64,000 nucleotides of DNA from Clostridia bacterium (GTDB lineage: Bacteria > Bacillota > Clostridia > UMGS1883 > UMGS1540): positions 1 to 64,000 of the forward strand of contig JAZSIR010000022.1 of assembly GCA_045533905.1 (NCBI GenBank). The letters run 5' to 3'. The translations under genes and the position numbers were made by a program. The notes below the pieces were generated by a model. The model was not told the origin of the DNA, did no database searches, and worked only from the letters and a program-made list of their open reading frames with translations. Shown piece after piece: positions 39,051 to 47,617 of this stretch (its first letter is position 1; each line of letters starts with the position of its first letter).

Positions 39051-39134
39051 ATGGTCGCTATGATTTTTGCAATTGCATATTTCTTTTACTTTTACTTTAC
39101 CAAGTTCGAAGTAAGGGATTTTTGTGTTGCATAA
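39051..39134 (+). CDS. Phe/Tyr-rich attenuator leader peptide (27 aa)
   Basis: MVAMIFAIAYFFYFYFTKFEVRDFCVA*; seven consecutive Tyr/Phe codons; AGGAAAGGG RBS upstream. Too short for the supplied ORF track. Confidence 0.82.
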   Translation: MVAMIFAIAYFFYFYFTKFEVRDFCVA

Positions 39135-39163
39135 AACTCGCGGGCCCCGAAAGCGGTACTTTC

Positions 39164-39203
39164 AAGGCTACACAGAATCCCCTCTGTGTAGCCTTTTATA
39201 TTT
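39164..39203 (+). terminator. Attenuator terminator ahead of aroF
   Basis: AAGGCTACACAGA-ATCCCC-TCTGTGTAGCCTT followed by a T-rich tail; its 5' arm can alternatively pair with 39114-39130. Confidence 0.85.
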
Positions 39204-39220
39204 AGATTGGAGGAAATACC

Positions 39221-40219
39221 ATGATTGCGGTACTTAAAAAGAATACTTCCGAGGAACAAATTCAGCATCTTACCCATTGGCTCGAGGAGCAGGGCGTTGA
39301 GGTGCACGCCTCTTTTGGTGTGGACTATACGGTGCTGGGCCTTGTGGGCGACACGTCCTCAATTGACATAGACCTTCTTGAAAGCCTTGCGATTGTGGAC
39401 ACGGTCAAGCGCGTGTCCGACCCCTTCAAGCAGTGCAACCGCAAGTTCCACCCCGAGGACACGGTGGTGGACGTTGGCGGCATTAAAATCGGCGGCGGGC
39501 ATTTTGCCATTATGGCCGGGCCGTGCTCGGTGGAATCGCGCGAGCAGATGATTACGGTGGCGCACGCCGTAAAGGCCGCCGGCGCCGGCATCCTTCGCGG
39601 CGGTGCTTTCAAGCCTCGCACCTCGCCGTACGACTTTCAGGGTCTTCGCGCGGATGGGATTGAATACCTTCTTGAAGCAAAGCGCGAAACCGGTATGCCC
39701 ATCGTAACGGAAATTATGAGCGCAAACCATCTGCCGCTTTTTGAAGAGGTGGACCTCATTCAGGTAGGTGCGCGCAATATGCAAAACTTTGACCTACTCA
39801 AAGAACTCGGCAAAACGAAAAAGCCGATTCTCCTAAAGCGCGGGCTTGCGAATACTTTGAAAGAATTTTTGATGAGTGCCGAATACATTTTAAGCGAGGG
39901 CAACGGGAACGTCATCCTTTGCGAGCGCGGCATTCGCACCTATGAAACGTACACGCGAAACACGATGGATATTTCCTCGATTCCGCTTCTCCATGAACTT
40001 TCGCATCTTCCTATCATTGCCGACCCGAGCCACGCAACAGGCAAGGCGCGGCTGGTAGAGCCGATGGCGATGGCCGCCGCCGCCGCAGGGGCGGACGGGC
40101 TTATGATTGAAGTGCACGGCGACCCCGCGCACGCGCTTTGTGATGGCGCGCAGTCCCTCACGCCGACGCAATTTGCGGGCGTGGCGAAAAAGATTCAGAA
40201 AATTCGTGAGATTTTGTAA
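39221..40219 (+). CDS. aroF: DAHP synthase (type I-beta, N-terminal regulatory domain)
   Basis: AGPCSVES, RGGAFKPRTSPY.FQG, GARNMQN, CERGIR, DPSHATG motifs. Confidence 0.96.
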   Translation: MIAVLKKNTSEEQIQHLTHWLEEQGVEVHASFGVDYTVLGLVGDTSSIDIDLLESLAIVDTVKRVSDPFKQCNRKFHPEDTVVDVGGIKIGGGHFAIMAGPCSVESREQMITVAHAVKAAGAGILRGGAFKPRTSPYDFQGLRADGIEYLLEAKRETGMPIVTEIMSANHLPLFEEVDLIQVGARNMQNFDLLKELGKTKKPILLKRGLANTLKEFLMSAEYILSEGNGNVILCERGIRTYETYTRNTMDISSIPLLHELSHLPIIADPSHATGKARLVEPMAMAAAAAGADGLMIEVHGDPAHALCDGAQSLTPTQFAGVAKKIQKIREIL

Positions 40220-40231
40220 GGAAGTGCTTTT

Positions 40232-41062
40232 ATGCAGGTTGGAATTTTAGGTCTCGGGCTTATCGGCGGCAGTGCGGCGCGCGCCTATAAAGAGGCAGGG
40301 CACACGGTTCTCGCTTTTGACCGCGACAAGGTGATTCTCGATTACGCCATTTTATGCGGCGCGGTGGATGCGCCCCTTCCGCCCGAGGACCTTTCGAAAG
40401 TAGATTTACTGCTTATTTGTCTCTACCCCAAAGCGGCGATAGAATACCTTCGCGAAAACGCCGCGCGCATCTCAAAAGATGCCGTAGTGATTGACTTTTG
40501 CGGCACAAAAAAAGGAATCTCGGAGGTAGGCTTTGCGCTTTCTAAAGAATACGGCTTTCTCTATGTGGGCGGCCACCCCATGGCAGGCACGCACCACAGC
40601 GGCTTTAAATATAGTAGAAGCGATATGTTCTCGGGCGCGCCCATGGTGATTGTGCCGCCCACTCGTGACGATATAGCGCTTCTTTCACGTGTGCAGAAGC
40701 TTTTATCGCCGCTTTCGTTCGGTTCCTTTACCGTAACGGATGCCGAAGAACACGACAAGAGGATTGCTTTCACCTCCCAGCTTGCGCACATTGTTTCAAA
40801 TGCGTATGTAAAATCGCCCGGTGCGGAAAACCACCGCGGTCTTTCCGCCGGAAGCTACCGCGATTTAACGCGCGTGGCGTGGCTCAATCCCGATATGTGG
40901 ACGGAATTGTTCCTCGAAAACCGCGAGGCGCTCCTTTCGGAGCTTGACGGGCTACTTAAAAATCTCACAGAATACCGCGACGCTTTAAGAGACGAGGACG
41001 GCGAGCGCCTATGGCAGCTACTCGAGGACGGACGCCGCCGAAAAGGAGAGATTGACGGATGA
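40232..41062 (+). CDS. tyrA: Prephenate dehydrogenase
   Basis: GLGLIGGS, GGHPMAG, EHD..IA.TSQL.H and RDLTRVA motifs. Confidence 0.93.
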   Translation: MQVGILGLGLIGGSAARAYKEAGHTVLAFDRDKVILDYAILCGAVDAPLPPEDLSKVDLLLICLYPKAAIEYLRENAARISKDAVVIDFCGTKKGISEVGFALSKEYGFLYVGGHPMAGTHHSGFKYSRSDMFSGAPMVIVPPTRDDIALLSRVQKLLSPLSFGSFTVTDAEEHDKRIAFTSQLAHIVSNAYVKSPGAENHRGLSAGSYRDLTRVAWLNPDMWTELFLENREALLSELDGLLKNLTEYRDALRDEDGERLWQLLEDGRRRKGEIDG

Positions 41063-42123
41063 AAAAAATACACGTTGCCGCCGCAAAATCCTATGATGTT
41101 ATCCTCCAAAGCGGCTGTCTTAAAAATATAGGTAAGCACCTTGCGCCTTTTGCCAAAAACGGCTACGCCGCCATTATCACGGACAGCGTGGTGGATGCGC
41201 TTTATGGCGAAACCCTTTCGCGCTCGCTTTCAGAAAGCGGCGTGAAAACTGTAAAATTTGTATTTCCAAACGGCGAAAAATCAAAAAATGCCGATACGTA
41301 CCTTCGCGCGCTTTCCTTCCTTTCTGAAAACCACGTAACGCGCGATGACCTCATCATCGCCCTCGGCGGCGGTGTGGTAGGTGACCTTGCAGGCTTTACG
41401 GCCGCGACATATTTACGCGGCATTGACTTTGTGCAGATTCCCACCACGCTCCTTGCGATGGTAGATTCCTCCGTCGGCGGCAAAACGGCGATAGATTTGC
41501 CCGAGGGCAAAAACCTCGTCGGCGCTTTTCATCAGCCGCGTGCCGTGTTCTGCGACCCCGAGGTACTCGATACACTTCCCGCCGATATTTTCAGAGACGG
41601 CTCGGCGGAAGTGATTAAATACGGCGTACTTGGCGATGCCGCGCTTTTTTACCACCTCACGGAAAAAGGCCTCGATTTCGACCGCGACTATGTACTGGAG
41701 CGCTGTATAGCGCTTAAAAGCCGCATCGTGGAAAGCGATGAATTTGACAAGGGCACCCGAGCGCTTTTAAACCTTGGGCACACCGTGGGGCATGCCATTG
41801 AAAAGGAAAGCAATTTCGCGCTTTCGCACGGCGTCGGCGTCGGCATCGGCATGGCGATGATTGCAAAAAGCGCCGCGGCAAACGGATTTTGCGAAAAAAC
41901 GGTTTTTGAAGAAATTTGCGCGGTTTTAGAAAAATTTGGTCTTCCTACATCGACCGAAATGGAAAAGGGGCGCATTCTTTCGGCCATGCTTTCCGATAAA
42001 AAACGCCGCGGCGATGCGATTACACTTGTTCTCCCCGAAAAAATCGGGAGTGCTGTGCTTTACGAGGCACCCATTTCGTCTCTTTCTGCCTTTCTTTTTG
42101 AAGGCGACAAGGAGGAAGTATGA
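41059..42123 (+). CDS. aroB: 3-dehydroquinate synthase
   Basis: GGGVVGDLAGF.AATYLRG, PTTLLAMVDSSVGGKT, LNLGHT.GHAIE motifs. Confidence 0.96.
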   Translation: MKKIHVAAAKSYDVILQSGCLKNIGKHLAPFAKNGYAAIITDSVVDALYGETLSRSLSESGVKTVKFVFPNGEKSKNADTYLRALSFLSENHVTRDDLIIALGGGVVGDLAGFTAATYLRGIDFVQIPTTLLAMVDSSVGGKTAIDLPEGKNLVGAFHQPRAVFCDPEVLDTLPADIFRDGSAEVIKYGVLGDAALFYHLTEKGLDFDRDYVLERCIALKSRIVESDEFDKGTRALLNLGHTVGHAIEKESNFALSHGVGVGIGMAMIAKSAAANGFCEKTVFEEICAVLEKFGLPTSTEMEKGRILSAMLSDKKRRGDAITLVLPEKIGSAVLYEAPISSLSAFLFEGDKEEV

Positions 42124-43388
42124 ATATTACCATCTCGCCGCGGCCCCTCCGTGGCAAAATCTCGGCGATTCCCTCAAAATCCGTAGCGCACCGCCTACTC
42201 ATCGCGGCGGCGCTGGCGAAAACGCCTGCAAAAATTTTGATACGTGACACAAACGAAGATATAGATGCCACGGCAAGGTGCCTTTTGGCGCTCGGCACGC
42301 GTGCAGAGAAGGCGGCAGATGGCTTTACGCTTACGCCCACCTCGTCGTACGCTTCCGAAATCGACTGTGGCGAAAGCGGCTCCACCCTTCGCTTCCTTCT
42401 CCCCGTTTTGGGGGCATACGGAAGGGCGGTTCGCCTTCAGCTTCATGGGCGGCTTGGGGCAAGACCCCTTTCCCCCCTTTGGGAAGAGCTCGAGCGCCAT
42501 GGAATGACGCTTCGAAAGGAAGATGAGAACACGCTTTTAGTCTTTGGAAAGCTCCAAAGCGGCGCGTATTCTCTTCCGGGGAACATTTCCTCGCAGTTTA
42601 TAAGCGGCCTTCTTTTTGCCTTGCCGCTACTCTCTGGGGACAGTACGCTTTCGATTACTTCCCCCATCGAATCCGAAGGCTACATAAAAATGACCGAGGA
42701 TGCCCTTAAAAAATGCGGCATTCGGTTTACTGCCCGAAATAATACCTATAAAATCCCCGGCGGGCAGGTGCCCGTGGTGGCGCAAAACGCGCCGCTCTCT
42801 GCTGAGGGGGACTGGTCAAACGCCGCGTTCTGGCTCTCGGCAGGTGCCTTTTCGGACGGCATTTCGGTAGACGGGCTCTCGCTTTCCTCTCTGCAAGGCG
42901 ACCGCGAAATTGTATCGATTTTATCGCGTTTTGGCGCGGAGGTACGCGAGGAAGAAACCGGTATTCTCGTAAAGCGCGGCACAATGACAGGCCTTTCGCT
43001 TTCTGCGCGGCAGATTCCCGACCTTGTGCCGATTCTCTCGGTTTTAGCGGCCGGCGCGCACGGCAAAACGAAAATCTCAGGTGCCGAGCGGCTGAAAATT
43101 AAGGAAAGTGACCGTCTTTTGGCGGTTTTTGAGATGCTTTCCGCACTTGGCGGCATTGTGGAAAGAACGGAAGACGGCCTTATCATCGAAGGCGGCGTGC
43201 CCCTTTTGGGCGGCACGGTGGATAGCTTTTCTGATCACCGCATTGCGATGAGCGCTGCCATTCTTTCGTCACTATGCCAAGGCCCCGTCACCATTTTGGG
43301 CGCGGAGGCCGTAAATAAATCGTATCCCGCCTTTTGGGAGGACTTTGCCGCCCTTGGCGGTCAGTTTGAAAGGAGCGAAATCCTTTGA
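42120..43388 (+). CDS. aroA: EPSP synthase
   Basis: SKS..HR, ESGSTLRF, SSQFISGLL, KESDR and DHRIAM motifs. Confidence 0.96.
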   Translation: MNITISPRPLRGKISAIPSKSVAHRLLIAAALAKTPAKILIRDTNEDIDATARCLLALGTRAEKAADGFTLTPTSSYASEIDCGESGSTLRFLLPVLGAYGRAVRLQLHGRLGARPLSPLWEELERHGMTLRKEDENTLLVFGKLQSGAYSLPGNISSQFISGLLFALPLLSGDSTLSITSPIESEGYIKMTEDALKKCGIRFTARNNTYKIPGGQVPVVAQNAPLSAEGDWSNAAFWLSAGAFSDGISVDGLSLSSLQGDREIVSILSRFGAEVREEETGILVKRGTMTGLSLSARQIPDLVPILSVLAAGAHGKTKISGAERLKIKESDRLLAVFEMLSALGGIVERTEDGLIIEGGVPLLGGTVDSFSDHRIAMSAAILSSLCQGPVTILGAEAVNKSYPAFWEDFAALGGQFERSEIL

Positions 43389-44491
43389 GCAGTACGTTTG
43401 GAAAAAATATTCATATTTCTCTGGCGGGCGAATCCCACGGCGAGGCTCTCGGCGTGATTATGGACGGATTTCCCGCAGGCTTTCGTGTGGATATGGAAGC
43501 GCTTTCTGCCTTTTTGGCGCGGCGCGCACCCGGGCAAAACCGATTTTCCACGCCACGGCGCGAGGCAGATGCCCCTAAATTTTTATCAGGTCTACTGGGG
43601 GGTGTAACCACGGGTGCACCGATTTTAGCCATTATTGAAAACACAAACCAAAAAAGCGCGGACTATGCGGCACTCGCAGATATTCCGCGTCCGGGGCATG
43701 CAGACTATACGGCGCATATAAAATACGGCGGCCACGCGGACGCGCGCGGCGGCGGGCATTTTTCCGGTCGCCTTACGGCACCCCTCGCGGTTGCCGGCGG
43801 CATTGCGCGGCAGATGCTTTCCGAAAAGGGCATTTTGGTTTTTGCACACATTCGCGCCATCGGCGGCGTATGGGGAGAGGCACCCGCGTATTCCCCAAGC
43901 GATATACCTGCCCTTTCGGCTGTCGCAGAGAAAGAGTTCCCTGCATTTGACGATGCCGCCGCACCTCGTATGGAGGCGGAAATGGATGCGGCACGCGAAG
44001 CGGGCGACTCTGTGGGCGGCATTATCGAGGTTTCTGTACTGGGACTTCCCGCGGGACTTGGTGCTCCGATGTTTGACCGCGTGGAAGGGCGTATTTCCGC
44101 GGCCGTTTGGGGCGTGCCGGCCGTTCGCGGCATTGAATTCGGGGAAGGCTTTGGCGCGGCGAATTTACGCGGCAGCGAGAATAACGACGCTTTCTATTAT
44201 GACGAGGACGGCGCAGTCCGCACCCGCACAAACCACGCCGGCGGGGTACTCGGCGGCATCTCAACGGGCGAGCCGCTCGTTTTCCGCGTAGGCATAAAGC
44301 CTACACCCTCGATTTTCAAAGAACAGGAAAGCATTTCTCTCTCTAAGAAAGAGGCGGCAACGCTTTCTACAAAGGGGCGGCATGACCCGTGTATCGTACC
44401 GCGTGCAGTGCCGGCTTTAGAAGCCGCAACGTCTCTTGCCGTACTCGATTTACTGTTTGACCACGATATGCTTTGGAAAAAGGAGCGATAA
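43385..44491 (+). CDS. aroC: Chorismate synthase
   Basis: GESHG, PRPGHAD, GGGHFSGR.TA, KPTPSI and GRHDPC motifs. Confidence 0.97.
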   Translation: MSSTFGKNIHISLAGESHGEALGVIMDGFPAGFRVDMEALSAFLARRAPGQNRFSTPRREADAPKFLSGLLGGVTTGAPILAIIENTNQKSADYAALADIPRPGHADYTAHIKYGGHADARGGGHFSGRLTAPLAVAGGIARQMLSEKGILVFAHIRAIGGVWGEAPAYSPSDIPALSAVAEKEFPAFDDAAAPRMEAEMDAAREAGDSVGGIIEVSVLGLPAGLGAPMFDRVEGRISAAVWGVPAVRGIEFGEGFGAANLRGSENNDAFYYDEDGAVRTRTNHAGGVLGGISTGEPLVFRVGIKPTPSIFKEQESISLSKKEAATLSTKGRHDPCIVPRAVPALEAATSLAVLDLLFDHDMLWKKER

Positions 44492-44494
44492 ACG

Positions 44495-45649
44495 ATGGAG
44501 AATCTCTTAAAAATATACCGCGATGAAATCAACCGCATCGATGATGAGATGGTACGTCTTTTCGGCGAGCGGATGGAGGTGGCAGGAAAGATTGCCGCCC
44601 ACAAAAAGGAAAACGGGCTTCCCGTTCTCGATGCACGCCGCGAGCGTGAGAAAATGGCAGATGTACAAAAGAAAGCCGATCCGCGCTTTGCTTCGTACAC
44701 CACCTCTCTCTACTCGCTTCTCTTTTCTATGAGCCGCGCGTGGCAGGAAAAGCTGCTCGCGCCCGAAAGTGCGCTTCATAAAACGGTTTCGGAAGCGATC
44801 GACGCGCACACAAACTGCGAATTTCCGCCGAGCGCGATGGTAGCTTGCCAGGGCGTGGACGGGGCATACTCCCAGATTGCCGCGGACCATATGTTCCAAA
44901 ATGCGAATATTTTATATTTTGATACGTTTGACAAGGTCTTCTCTGCAATTGACAAGGGGCTTTGCACGTACGGCGTTTTGCCGATTGAAAACAGCACGGC
45001 AGGCTCCGTAAACCGCGTGTATGACCTGATGCTCGAGCATAATTTCTACATTGTGAAAAGCACGCGCATTAAGGTGGACCATTGTCTTCTTACAAAAGAA
45101 GGCGTGGACATTTCGGAAATTCGCGAAATCTTCACGCACGAGCAGGCCATTCGCCAGTGTGGCGACTTTTTAGCCTCGCTCGGAAAAGATGTGAAAATAA
45201 CGCCGTGCGAAAATACGGCCATGGCGGCAAAGCTTGTGGCAGAGTCTACCCGCCGCGACGTGGCGGCGCTTTCCTCGTACCACTGTGCAAAGCTCTATGG
45301 GCTTTACTGCCACAAGAGCGCCGTGCAAAATACGGAAAACAACTACACGCGCTTTATCTGCATTTCCAAAAAGCTTGAAATTTATCCGGGTGCGGATAAA
45401 ACGAGTATTATGATGGTGCTTCCGCACGAGCCGGGTGCGCTTTACAAGGTGCTCGGACGTCTTTACACCATCGGTCTAAACCTCATAAAGCTCGAAAGCC
45501 GCCCTATGCCAAACCGTAATTTCGAGTTTATGTTCTACTTTGATTTAGAAACAAGTGTGTATTCTGAGGCGTTTGTGGAGCTTTTATGCGAGCTTGAGAA
45601 TTCGGGCGAAGAGTTCCGCTACCTCGGCAGCTACACGGAAACGGTGTAA
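44495..45649 (+). CDS. pheA: Bifunctional chorismate mutase/prephenate dehydratase
   Basis: N-terminal AroQ-type chorismate mutase; QG..GAYS, PIENSTAG, N.TRF and ESRP ACT motifs. Confidence 0.95.
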   Translation: MENLLKIYRDEINRIDDEMVRLFGERMEVAGKIAAHKKENGLPVLDARREREKMADVQKKADPRFASYTTSLYSLLFSMSRAWQEKLLAPESALHKTVSEAIDAHTNCEFPPSAMVACQGVDGAYSQIAADHMFQNANILYFDTFDKVFSAIDKGLCTYGVLPIENSTAGSVNRVYDLMLEHNFYIVKSTRIKVDHCLLTKEGVDISEIREIFTHEQAIRQCGDFLASLGKDVKITPCENTAMAAKLVAESTRRDVAALSSYHCAKLYGLYCHKSAVQNTENNYTRFICISKKLEIYPGADKTSIMMVLPHEPGALYKVLGRLYTIGLNLIKLESRPMPNRNFEFMFYFDLETSVYSEAFVELLCELENSGEEFRYLGSYTETV

Positions 45650-45652
45650 GTT

Positions 45653-46888
45653 ATGAAAAAATGCGGACTTTTGGGAGAAACCCTCTCCCACAGTTTTTCG
45701 CCCCGGTTGCACGCCCACTTCGGCACGTATTCTTACGAGCTTTTTGAAGTGGCGCCGTGCGCGCTCACGTCCTTTCTTATGACGCGTGATTTTGACGGAT
45801 TGAACGTAACGATTCCGTACAAAAAAGCGGTGCTTCCGCACCTTGACGAGCTTTCGCCCATCGCGGCGCGGCTTGGAAGCGTGAACACCATCCTTCGCCG
45901 CGAAGACGGCACGCTCTGGGGGCATAATACGGACTATTTCGGCTTTTCGTATATGCTTTCGAAAAGCGGCATTTCCGTGGAAGGGAAAAAGGCACTCGTA
46001 CTGGGAAGCGGCGGTGCATCTGCTACCGTGTGCGCGGTGCTTTCTGACGCGGGCGCGCGCGAGGTGTGCGTAATTTCAAGAAGCGGGGAAAACACATACG
46101 AAACGCTTTCCCGCCACTATGATGCGGAAATTATCGTAAACACCACACCCGTCGGTATGTACCCGCACGTGGGCGAGGCGCCCATCTCTCTCGCTCCTTT
46201 CAAAACCTGTGCGCTCGTTTTGGACATTATTTATAACCCTTCGAAAACGGCGCTACTTCTCGAAGCGGAAAGCCTCGGCATCCCGCACCTTGGGGGGCTT
46301 TCCATGCTCGTCGCGCAAGGGGCGGAAAGTGCAGGATATTTTGGCGGCGCGCCCATCTCCGATGCAGTTTTGGAAGAAACGATACGTAAGATAGAAAAAT
46401 CGCAGAAAAATCTCATTCTTATCGGGATGCCGGGGGCAGGCAAAACGACCATTGGCAAAAAACTTGCCGCGCGAATGGAGCGAAAATTTATAGATGCGGA
46501 TGATGCCGTGCGAGAGCGCGCAGGCATGTCTATCCCCGAAATTTTTGAAAAAGAAGGCGAAGCCGGTTTTCGAAAACGCGAGACCGAGGTTTTATCCGCA
46601 CTCGGGAAAGAGAGCGGCCTTGTAATTGCCACGGGCGGCGGGGCCGTTGTGCGCGAAGAAAACTATGCGCATCTCCACCAAAACGGCGTATTCGTTTATC
46701 TTCGCCGTGCGCTCGAAAACCTCCCGAAAAAAGGGAGGCCCCTATCGCTTTCGGGAAACCTCCCAAAAATGTATGCCGAGCGCGCGCCGCTGTATGCGCG
46801 CTTTGCCGATGCCGAGGTGGAAAATGAGGGGACACTTTCAGAAGTTATAGAAAGGGTGGTAAAAGCGTATGAAAATTCTTGTAATTAA
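45653..46888 (+). CDS. aroE: Fused shikimate dehydrogenase/shikimate kinase (AroE-AroK)
   Basis: HS.SP, NVTIPYK, NTD..G, GSGGA motifs, then GMPGAGKTT P-loop and ATGGG. Confidence 0.92.
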   Translation: MKKCGLLGETLSHSFSPRLHAHFGTYSYELFEVAPCALTSFLMTRDFDGLNVTIPYKKAVLPHLDELSPIAARLGSVNTILRREDGTLWGHNTDYFGFSYMLSKSGISVEGKKALVLGSGGASATVCAVLSDAGAREVCVISRSGENTYETLSRHYDAEIIVNTTPVGMYPHVGEAPISLAPFKTCALVLDIIYNPSKTALLLEAESLGIPHLGGLSMLVAQGAESAGYFGGAPISDAVLEETIRKIEKSQKNLILIGMPGAGKTTIGKKLAARMERKFIDADDAVRERAGMSIPEIFEKEGEAGFRKRETEVLSALGKESGLVIATGGGAVVREENYAHLHQNGVFVYLRRALENLPKKGRPLSLSGNLPKMYAERAPLYARFADAEVENEGTLSEVIERVVKAYENSCN

Positions 46889-47303
46889 CGGACCGAACCT
46901 GAATATGCTGGGCATTCGCGAGCCTGAAATCTACGGGCACGAAACGTACGCGGATCTTGTGCGCTATATTGAAGAAAGCGCGCGCGAGGCAGGCGCCGAA
47001 ATCGAAGTGTACCAGTCAAACTACGAAGGGGATATCGTTACAAAAATTCAGGAAGCACACGGCAAAATGGACGGCATTGTGATAAACCCTGCCGCCTACA
47101 CGCACACGAGCATGGCAATTTTGGATGCGCTTCGCGCCGTTTCCCTCCCCGCTGTGGAGGTGCATCTTTCCGACATTACAAACCGCGAAGCCTTTCGCCG
47201 CCTTTCCTATGCAGGTATGGGCTGTGTGAAAACATTTATGGGGCTCGGGTTTGCAGGGTACAGAGACGCGATTTTTTATCTGAAAGAAAACTACGGCAAA
47301 TAG
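46869..47303 (+). CDS. aroQ: Type II 3-dehydroquinate dehydratase
   Basis: INGPNLNMLG.REP.IYG, QSN.EG, INPAAYTHTS, EVHLS..RE.FR motifs. Confidence 0.96.
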   Translation: MKILVINGPNLNMLGIREPEIYGHETYADLVRYIEESAREAGAEIEVYQSNYEGDIVTKIQEAHGKMDGIVINPAAYTHTSMAILDALRAVSLPAVEVHLSDITNREAFRRLSYAGMGCVKTFMGLGFAGYRDAIFYLKENYGK

Positions 47304-47389
47304 AAAAATACGAAAAGCCTTTTCCGAGTGCGGAAAGGCTTTTTTCATGCTTATCTTTGCGAAAGCAAAATAAAACTCTGCCCAAAGTG

Positions 47390-47543
47390 CAGAATACCAC
47401 TTGCGAAGCAAATACCACCCGCGCCGCGCGCGGATATACCTGCGAAGCGATCAATGGACCGCGCACAGCGTCCTCTGCGCGGTGGTGTTTTGACATAGCA
47501 AAAAGGCTTCTCCTTTTTGCGGTCTGGACTTTTTTACATTCCC
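47390..47543. repeat. REP-like hairpin cluster ending in the MITE terminal repeat
   Basis: AATACCAC and TGCGAAGC are repeated; 47512-47543 (reverse complement GGGAATGTAAAAAAGTCCAGACCGCAAAAAGG) matches the ends at 24746 and 33997. Confidence 0.55.
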
Positions 47544-47555
47544 CTTGCAAAGAGA

Positions 47556-47591
47556 GAAAGCGACCGACACGTACTCGTGTCGGTCGCTTTT
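47556..47591 (-). terminator. Terminator of the surface-protein operon
   Basis: AAAGCGACCGACACG-TACT-CGTGTCGGTCGCTTT perfect hairpin. Confidence 0.8.
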
Positions 47592-47617
47592 GTATCTATA
47601 ATTTTCGGGTAGGAAAA

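Noticed and set aside
39040-39200. T-box riboswitch upstream of aroF
   Set aside because: No GGTGGNACCGCG T-box consensus or recognisable stem I; a leader peptide explains the region better.
45653-46888. AroE-AroK fusion as a novelty
   Set aside because: This fusion is already familiar from Clostridia; kept as a feature only.
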